Shown one piece after another: positions 54,415 to 64,000 of a DNA stretch of 64,000 nucleotides (position 1 is the stretch's first letter; the number at the start of each line of letters is the position of its first letter). The notes beneath the pieces are model-generated. The model was not told where the DNA came from, did not search any database, and saw nothing but the letters and a program-made list of their open reading frames with translations. Location of the stretch: NCBI GenBank assembly GCA_003344405.1, contig NOWV01000021.1, positions 372,001 through 436,000 of the forward strand, read 5' to 3'. The translations under genes were made by a program, and so were the position numbers. The DNA is from Trichoplax sp. H2. Lineage: Eukaryota.

Positions 54415-57400
54415 ATGGAAAAGGGGCTTAATCGATATGAAATCAAACGATACAGCCGACATTTACTTTTACCTCAGCTCGGTGTCATTGGCCAGCAAAA
54501 AATCAACCAAGGCAAAGTATTGATTGTAGGTGCTGGAGGTTTGGGATGTCCGGCAGCGTTATATTTAACCTCTTCTGGTGTAGGTAAGAGCAATTGGCAT
54601 GGCGTAGGATATCATCAAGGATGATAGAGTTCATTTTGTACAATCAACAGCTTAGATAAGGCATGATAAGAGTTATGAATGGATGCTTGATTACCATCAT
54701 CATCGTAGAACTAGCATGCTGTATTCGATCAACAGTGAATGAATGAATTAAACGAAAGCTGAAAGAGCGAGTAAACTATACGTGTATAGAGATAACTATC
54801 AACGGCAACATTACATACATCGATCATAAAAATAGCCTCGAGTTGATTCTTGCAATCTTGAAATGTATCCGCTTGTAGCATAGATATATAATACACCACA
54901 GTACTATCAATCACAATCTAGCCCCTACTGTAACAATATGATTTACCCGAAATGACTGTAGTTGAAAGAGAGAACAGACATAAAATATTAATCTGCTCGT
55001 GAAATAATTATGAGCATAGACTACTAGATCACGTCTGATATTATTTAGTAGTACATTGCAACAACTTTAATGGCTAACGTCAGTATATTTAATAAGAATA
55101 ATAATTAATTAGAGGCAGAGACACTTATGTGTGCAATATTCTCTATATACTTACAAGTACACGCTCGTAGACATACTTTTATAGTTAGTATAGAATTACA
55201 TACTTCTCGTTAGATACATGCACATCTTCAAATCAATCAATTAGGCAAACATACTTTATCATAATGGATACACCTGCAATCTCAATCATTAGTCGGTAAT
55301 GTACAGTATTTGGATAATTCCCAACATTTTTACATCGAACGACTGCTATTTAATGAATCACTAGACATACCAATTCAATATCCATTTATATTTACAAATA
55401 ACTTATTGCTTAGCTATTAATGACGCATATGATCAATTTCTTTCCCTAGGTACAATCGGTATAGTGGATTATGATGTAGTGGAATTGGATAACCTACATC
55501 GGCAAATTCTGCATAGAGAGAATAAATTAGGCACACCTAAATGTCTATCTGCGACACAGTCTATGCAAGAGTCAGTAGCCAATGCCAATACTGTACATCC
55601 TAAATTAGGATCTTTGTCATAACTCAGTCTATTCGACAATTACTACAAATGTCATCATAGAAGATCTATAAAAGCAAATCTACTAAGATCTTAATTAATC
55701 TTGATTATGCCTAACAAATAATAAGTTTATTCATTCACTAGATTAAATTCAACGATCAAGTGTCTTCCTTACCAGTTGCAATTGGATAGCCAAAATGCAA
55801 TAGAAATTATTTCTAAATATCCTATATTACAAATCCACTGCTTAAAGTGATCTCTCATTATAATAACTTATATTTTTCATATTCGATACCAATTCTGCCT
55901 TTGCCGCTAATATTACGTAATCTATAATCACAAATGTTATTACCTTAATTCACCCTTTTATTGATATCACGTATGATATTGTATTGGATTGTACAGATAA
56001 TGTTGCTACAAGATATCTACTTAATGATGCTTGCGTCTTATGCAAAAAACCGTTAATTTCTGGCAGTGCCTTAAGATTTGAAGGCCAACTAACTGTATAT
56101 AATTGTAATAATGGGCCTTGCTATCGATGCTTATTCCCTACTCCTCCGCCCCCAGAAACTGTCACAAACTGTTCGGATGGGGGTGTGCTCGGCGTAGGTA
56201 TGAATGTAAAGAGTAAAACATTTGTTCTCACATAGCTTAATCACTACTGAATTTTACCAAAACCGAAACATTTATATTAACGTGGCAAAAAATTGTATGA
56301 TATTTATGATATACTGTATGTGTACAGATTAGTAGCGATAGCTCATTAACACCCGAAATGTATTCCGGTAATCAATTGCTAATTTACACCTTTTATTTAA
56401 CAGTGATTTGAAGGTAATATGTAAATTGTTTCATCTAAAATCTAATGCACGTAAAATTATAAATGGATAACAATGACAATCTTTATAGAAATAATCAATC
56501 AAAATCTCTATGTTAATCAATTAATTATTGCCTATACTTAGTTCCCGGTATTATAGGTCTTAATCAAGCCTTAGAAGCCATAAAAATTCTGACTGGATTA
56601 CAACGTATCTTTTTAATCTTATTGTTGCAATGGAGTCACTACTGTACTTATAATACTGTATTTATATTAACTGTAGTATAGCCAATGAAATACTTTATAA
56701 ATTGCTGCCAGAACTAAATCCAAGTTAATAACTACACTATTTTCAATGCTTATTAATTTTACTATCTACAGCCTATAAATACTTATAGCCGTTATGTTAG
56801 TGCCTGGAAATTTTTCAATTACTTTCTTTGACTTTAATCTTGATATTTCTCAAATTCAGCTGCATATTCACAACGTATGCTACTGTTTGACGCATCGAGT
56901 GGCTCTTATCATGTATTCAAGTTAAGAAATCGTCGGCCAACTTGTCCTTTATGTGGTGATAACCCTACTATTCATGAGCTCCAGGATTATGTCCAGTTTT
57001 GTAAAGCCTCAGCAACAGATAAGGTATCGCCAATAGATATATTCATTATACGCACAAATCAAATTCTATATAAACTACATCACTTTAAATCGGTCTACCT
57101 AGTACAAAATTGTAGTCTCAATTTCTTTTAGGCACGTCAAATTGAGTTACTGACACCGGAGGAAAGGATCTCAGTTGATGTAAATTGCTTTATTAATACA
57201 TTGATATGGTTACTTTCACGAGTAATGTCATCTAAAATATTACTTTTGATTGACAGGATTATAAAAAAATTTATGATGAAGGTCAAAATCATGTACTATT
57301 GGATGTTCGCGAAGAAGTAGAATACAACATATGTCGCCTACCGCAATCTATTAATATCCACCAATATCTCATAACAAACGATCTACTATCGATTTTAAAT

Positions 57401-57932
57401 CAAATTGTATTACAGTATATGATAAAATTAAAGCAAAATCCTAGTTTTATCCTTAGCTATTACTACATATTCCGCTATCTCAAATCGATAAACGTACTGA
57501 TGAATTCCGTAAAATTATCAATGATGCCATTAAAGATGACTCCTTCGACAAGCGTAATGCTTACCCAGGTAAATCAGTATTCCATGTCTACATTAAAGTC
57601 CATCGTAGTACCAACGACAAAATTGGCTATTGTCCTTTTATACACCCAAATAAGACTCTGGTTATAGAAATTTTAATATTATCATTATGCAGCTATAAAT
57701 TTATCTAATAGTAGCACGTATCGTATTATAATGCTCCTTTTCAGTTAATATAGATAATTTTTAATTCAATATAGTTTACGTAGTGTGTCATCACGGCAAT
57801 GATTCTCAAAAAGCAATAAAAAGACTACAAGAAATAATCTCGGATTGGGAGCAAAATATTATATATAAAGATATCGAAGGAGGCCTTGACTATTGGGCTA
57901 AAATTGTTGATAATGAATTTCCAGAATACTAA
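54415..57932 (+). CDS. MOCS3: Adenylyltransferase and sulfurtransferase MOCS3/UBA4 (ThiF/MoeB plus rhodanese domains)
   Basis: Exons: ~54415-54583, 55450-55570, 55742-55816, 55971-56197, 56542-56604, 56860-57023, 57132-57179, 57257-57353, 57467-57568, 57775-57932. Motifs: [52 protein letters not shown] and FPEY*. The start is uncertain because a possible acceptor at ~54380 suggests an upstream exon. Confidence 0.96.
55817..55970 (+). other. U12-type AT-AC intron in MOCS3
   Basis: 5' ATATCCTA, branch-like TACCTTAAT at ~55941 and 3' ATCAC. Removal gives in-frame [14 protein letters not shown]. Confidence 0.9.
56605..56859 (+). other. Probable U12-type GT-AG intron in MOCS3
   Basis: 5' GTATCTTTT, branch-like TTCTTTGAC at ~56824 and 3' CAG. 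Removal gives [16 protein letters not shown]. Confidence 0.7.
57354..57466 (+). other. U12-type AT-AC intron in the MOCS3 rhodanese domain
   Basis: 5' ATATCCAC, branch-like TCCTTAGC at ~57450 and 3' CTAC. Removal gives [14 protein letters not shown], matching the rhodanese 'S(I/L)NIPL' motif. Confidence 0.88.
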
Positions 57933-59101
57933 CCCAACAGCGTTGTAAGTATATCAAGACCTAATTTCTATTGTGTAGTACTACATTGTAGAATCTATAT
58001 TGCTTAGTTGCCAATTAACCTTTTTTATGCCTGCATATTATTCATATTGCAATGATAATCATTTAGTAACACAGTATATTTGATCCCTGCACGTGCATAC
58101 GTTCGTTATTTCTCGACTTTAATAAGAAAAAATAACTTTAGCATCATATTTTTGTACATTCCATTACAGCAGATACTGTATGGTAACATTAAAAGGAATC
58201 ATGCTTAAAGATCGGAAGCGACGACGCAAAACTGAGTATTGTACAGCATAATCAAAGAATTATCTTAACGTGGAATATCTGATTATACTACGATCATACA
58301 ATCATATTCTATGTGCTATTGTTGTTTAATAGTGGTAATGAAAAATAAATGCAATTGTTATCAACTATGTTTCCTAAGGTAATGATGACAACATTTTGTT
58401 CATCAATTATTATAATTCCAATAATATGACTAAATTAAAATTTAAACTTTTTATTTGAATCGCTTATATTAACAAACTGAAAAGCTGCTAAGATAGCGGG
58501 AAAGTGTGATATATTAGTTTAAAATTACACATAAAAAATACATGTCAAACCACACGCTTGCAGAGACCAATACAAAGCAAGCTCAAAGGTAGTAAATAAA
58601 TTCATGATTTACAGTATACATCCATTAATGCATTACAATTTTATCGTACAGTATGCCTACTTGTGCATGATCTACTAAATACTAACACGATTTAGCAATC
58701 TTGACACAGATGGCTCATGAAAATCTGCTAACCGTTGAAGGTGAGCCATTTCGTATTACTGTGTTCACAATTAACTTATAAGCAACTTTCATGATATTAA
58801 AAACAAGGCATTCTAGAAGATATTACAGTAATAAAAATTGGCTTACTGATGTCTTAATTATTAGATGATTAATTATATTATTATTATTACTATTAAACAT
58901 ATCAATCGATATATAGATTGTGCTAGTGTAATAACTTGGTCAATTTTATAAGTAGTTAGCTTTCGCTTTCGGTATTAGTTATAGCAGAAGCTACATAGCA
59001 GTCTTTTTCATCTTAAAATAAAGTTATAATATTACACTGCACTAGCAAAAGATTTGCACAGGTTATAGATGTTGCAAAGAACAGCTAAACTGAACAGGTA
59101 T

Positions 59102-61338
59102 TCATTGTATAATACAAGCTTGAGATTGATCGGTGGTATTACCAGTAGCTTTAGCAAAGCAAATTGCTTGCATCCATTCATTTTGATCGTCTCGATTACA
59201 AGCATGGATATAGTATATCCGTTTACTTTTATGTGGTTTAATACAAAAACAAAATTCCTTCTTATCGATGCTACTTTCAGCTAATTCACAGCCTTCTAGC
59301 TCTAAACTCTTTATTAAATCCTAAATAAAATACATAAATAACGTCTAAATACAGGAGCATATATGTTAGGCTATCGTAATTAGCTACGCGAATTTTATCA
59401 AATAATATTTATTCTTAATTTCTGCTTCCAAGATGCTTAAAAAATGTATAGAATTACTATATTGTATATACGTAAATGCTGTAATCAATATAAAAGGACG
59501 ACATAAGATAACAACTGTAAGAAATCAACAATTAACAAGCAAGTACTGTAAGTAATCAAGTAATGTAATTTACTATAACCTTAACAATAGTAACTTAGCA
59601 TATGTATATTGCAATAATACGATGGATATGAGGCTAATACGTACTATCCCATGAACTATTAATCATCGTTCTATCTGTTAGCATATATCTATTCGGTATC
59701 GGTAATGGATATTCTATGATGGCAAACGTAAACTTAAACTATTAATAATTAATATCGCAATCTGGAACCTCAATTGAGTTATATTCGTTGCATCTCTATA
59801 CTCATGAGCTCAATATCTAACTATATTAATGATTTATGAACTGTTGCGATAATGAAATTGTAGACAATACATTATTATTGGGTTAGTGATACATTTTGCC
59901 ATAGATAGATATTGTCTGCTACAGTTACCTAGATTCCAATTTTCTAAATTGTAATATGAGTACATATCTTTTACTTTTTAATATGATCTATGCTAATACT
60001 ATCATGATAATTGATAGCTCGACGTAGTTTACATTATACATACGGAATCACAAATTACACCTTTTATGCGATAAATATAAAATTACTGCTAGAAATCAAG
60101 ATAATAAATTAGGACTGTATACGGCACTTTACACTATACTTTCAATATTTTAATAGGTTGGTAAGATTTTGCGTACTACATTGTGTTAGACTACATCAAT
60201 TTGAATTAGTATATGGTATTAACAATCAAGATATTAAATTAGTAAGCATACTGTACAATTACCTGCATCGTTAAAGCTGATGCATTTATTGAACTGATTG
60301 CATTAAATTAGACGACAGTTTTTACGCCTACAGCATAAATATTATAGCTATAAAAGATCCTCATCAGTCCGTCCTAATTATGATGGCGCTATATTTAAAT
60401 TACTGGCAGCCTTTTACTCTTGATATGTAATATTTGCTACCGATATAGTATGTACTTTATAAATAACTTTCGTTATTTATTCTATCAACTACTATACACT
60501 AGATATTTACCCTAACTGGTATTAATCACCAATATAGCGCTTCTGTATATTCGTATAGTGATAATCATTGAAATTACTGATTGAATCTTTATGATTTACT
60601 CCGATGCCGTTAATTAACGGGTACCAGTTTTAACTGTAGCAAATAGTGAAAAATACTGCATTACGGTGGTTTTGTTTTTACCCTTTACTCTTAACGAAAC
60701 TATCCATGTTATACTTTAGCAAATAGTAGTCAAAATTGTTTCAATCTCTAACAGCACTCTCAAGCAATATTCCAGACAACTACTGTACCGTATTTTAGCA
60801 AATGGTTCAAGATTATTTCAATTACTATATGTATCCATTTTTCTTGCTCTAGACTGTGTTAACCGGTAGTACTCTACTTTCGTTAATAGCAAAAATTTAA
60901 ATGGTTCAAAAAGCAAATAAAAAAATTATAAGATTTAAAATTTTGTAAGTATTACTTTGCTTGAGGTGAATAATAACAATCCTTATTAAAAAATATAAAG
61001 ATGTAATTTTAGTCTGTATGATATTTAATTAACTTACTAGTTAAAGTCCATTAGTGAGTGTACTAACCTTTTTTAAATAGTCTATCAACTATGTCAAACA
61101 GTTTATTGGTTGAAAAAGATTTACTGACATACAAAATGTATCATTATCCCTATATCGAAAAATGATTATGGCGATTACTTTATTATATCAGTCATTAATC
61201 TTATACCTGTTCACTCTCTCCATAGTATAGTTTAGTATCTTTCAATCGAAACCATAACTTTTTCCATTTATGAGCAACAAAATTACTATGCCGCTTATAC
61301 AACCAACCTTCTTTATGACTATTACCGGATTCCTCCAT
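59102..61338 (-). CDS. 116-aa PH-domain-only protein with C-terminal CaaX box (2 coding exons)
   Basis: Exon 61207-61338 gives MEESGNSHKEGWLYKRHSNFVAHKWKKLWFRLKDTKLYYGESEQ. A phase-0 GT-AG intron follows, then exon 59102-59320 gives DLIKSLELEGCELAESSIDKKEFCFCIKPHKSKRIYYIHACNRDDQNEWMQAICFAKATGNTTDQSQACIIQ*. All PH hallmarks are present (KEGWLxK, WKKxWF, LYY, helix EWMQAI). Confidence 0.9.
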
Positions 61339-61824
61339 ATTGGTCGTCGATTTTTTACCGGTAAAAAATCTAAAATGTACAATTGATTTGATTAATAATC
61401 AGCTAAGGATTGTGAATATTCATCAATATTTTATGCTTTTTAAAATGTTCTTCGAAAGTGAAAAATGAAAGTCATTACCGATAGTTATTTCAACTAGTCT
61501 AATATAAACAATTTTTGACAGCTTATTCTAGGCTAATATTTTCCATTTGATACTTCTTGACAACGACTCTGATTATTCATAATTTCAAGATGTAAAGAAG
61601 TCATTCCTCAGAGCAGGTTCATAGCTAAAGTAATGTTATTTTTGACATGATAAAATCGTCATTTTAAGGAATAGATTATACTCTAGTCTACCATTTTTCG
61701 CGCATCGCCTCCATTGCATCACTCATGTCTACGTATGGTCTTCCGCTAATGAATAAAATTATCTAGAGTATTAATGTAAAGGAGTTAGGTCCATCAATAG
61801 AATATAGATGATCAATTTTATACT

Positions 61825-62950
61825 AATTTTGTCGCTATGACACAGTTATCCCTGGAGATTGCCTTTTGTATCTAAGCCGACTTTTAATCTTGGTTATAGA
61901 CCATTTGCTCATGAACTGAACATCTATGGTCTTAATATAATGGAGTTACTATGTTTAGTAAACTACACATCATCTGAAGTAGCAGTATTTTTATCGCTAT
62001 GATAGCAGCACTATCCTACGAATGCTTCTTTGTGCATCTATTTCAATTTACAATCCTGATTGCATTAAATACTTTCCATCCGCTCCCTTTACTCAATCGT
62101 ATCATCCGTGATCTTAGTTTAAGTTGGTTTGCCTTCTTATAGGCTATAAATCATCTAATCACGGCTGATTTTTTACTCCCATGATACCGTATCCTGTGAA
62201 ATACATCTAATTTCTACTTATTTTAACCTCTGATCTTGATTGTATTAACATCTTCTATTGCTACCTTTCACCAAGGATTAGAATAACTCATGATGTTAAT
62301 ATCACTAAGTTAGTCGTTTAATCATTTCTTAATCAATTGCATTAATGCTTCGTCGCTAAGATACTCTGAAATGGATCTTTTCTACCTATCTATTTTAGCT
62401 TTCGATCTTGGTAACGTTAACATTTTCTATCCGCTACCTCTTACCTATAACTAATATCATTTATGATCTTGATATAAGCGAGCTGGCCTATTCCATAGGC
62501 TGTAAATCATTTACAGTAGTAATATTTCGTCGCCAAGGTGTGTTACCCAATAGCATGGATCGTGGCGTTTGAAAACTACTTTCAGTTATGATCTGGATTG
62601 CATAAATACGTCATACTTTCCATCTGCTATCTTTTTACTCGTAGTTTTAATTCCTAGCAGTCTTAGTTAATACAAAGCGGTTCGTTCCCCAATAGACGAT
62701 AGCTGATCTATATTAACAGCATTTTCGTCGCTATGATATCGTTATCCTACGAAGTAGTTCATTTTATTTGTGTTTATTTCAATTTTCTATTCTCAATTGT
62801 ATTAATACTTTCTACTCTCTATCTGACAAACTGCAATTACCGACAATTTTACTGTCGAGAAGTCAAATTTCCTGAAAAACTCTACTTCTACGGTAATAGC
62901 ATTTTCACTGGTATGACCCCGTTATTCTGCGGAAGTGATTATACAGTCAT
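61825..62950. repeat. Degenerate tandem repeat, ~165-200-bp period
   Basis: A motif like TTCGTCGCTATGAT...TTATCC...GATCTTGATTGCATTAATACTTTCCATCCGCT recurs at ~61830, 61993, 62172, 62350, 62527, 62725 and 62905. Confidence 0.7.
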
Positions 62951-64000
62951 AGAGAAGCGATGATAAAGTGTTGATAACAGTAATTGAGAGATCGAAGGTG
63001 CTGCTTAATGATTAACTAGATTTACTTCTAAAAGCAAATATGATGATAGAATAAAACAGTCGTGAAAAACGTCTTTGATTATCATAAAACTGATGAAGAT
63101 GAATAAAAAAGCCAAACCATTACTGCCTGATCTATACTTGAGGATGTATTAACATGCAGGTATGATTAATTAATTTTAACTAGTTAACCGATGATAACTT
63201 ATAACGGAACTGGTCTATGTTACCATTAATATCACAACGGTGATATCGATAAAGAGTGATACTCCCATCTATTTCGTCAAGATTAATACCAGTAACAAGA
63301 ACTAAGTAAAACAAAATTAGAGATGGAGAAGCACTTACCAGCAATTAGCAAAGTAAAGCTTAAATCTTGTCCAATCCCGATAGCAAAGGGAAATCAGCGT
63401 TTAGACAACTGGCGATTGCCTACAAGCTCTAATGTGCACTGTGATTATTACTGCGATGATATACTGTTGTACGTATAGGTTAGAGTATAGAATTACTAAT
63501 TACCCTATTTCAGTTTTCTATACTATCTGCAATCTCATAATGATTGCTTTACTCAATACAATAGACTGTAGCTAGGGCAGGTAGTATTCCATGAGTATGC
63601 ATATTATTATAATATGATCATGGTTACAGTTCCGGATCTCTCTTCTACCATTAATATAACCAGTATTACTATCAATTATATAGTTAACTGATAGCAACTG
63701 TGACAACAGTACTAACCACTGGCTGTACAAATAAGGTTATAATTTTTAATCAATACAAACTAGATCAGGGTTGGGCTTATTTCTATTATTTTGGTTGATA
63801 GGTGGGGAGTCAAAAGTATAATATTCGTAAGGGCTATATTTAACTACCCAGTCCCACCCAAGTAAAAGGAAGGGCCGTGACGTGGATAATAATAAAAAAC
63901 ACATGTATGGTCTTTTAGTAATTTATTCAAATCTCTATATCATAAAATCTACTCGTTAACGAATGTTAAAGCTTAAAACAAATGTATAGAGATAGATGAC

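Noticed and set aside
59069..59284. Plus-strand 71-aa ORF
   Set aside because: It is the antisense shadow of exon 2 of the PH-CaaX gene.

Overview
AT-rich, gene-dense eukaryotic DNA with short introns. It looks like a compact non-bilaterian animal genome, most likely a placozoan such as Trichoplax; this is inferred from composition, intron size and gene style and was not searched. Eight protein-coding genes were spliced or read by hand: (1) a ciliary microtubule-inner-protein-like gene with THFxLGSD repeats, EF-hands and an upstream RFX X-box (+); (2) RPAP1 (-); (3) an intronless, divergent TSPO (-); (4) a reticulon (+); (5) MAPKBP1/WDR62 (-), with a tandemly duplicated exon; (6) a class A orphan GPCR (-); (7) MOCS3/UBA4 (+), with two AT-AC introns and one probable GT-AG U12-type intron; (8) a two-exon, 116-aa PH-domain-only protein ending in a CaaX box (-), which the ORF track misses. 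Non-coding structure includes several tandem arrays near gene 5' ends (a 115/149-bp array, a nested 113/235-bp satellite containing a 34-bp-stem hairpin, and decayed arrays in first introns) plus several palindromes. No rRNA, tRNA, CRISPR array or intact transposon was seen.
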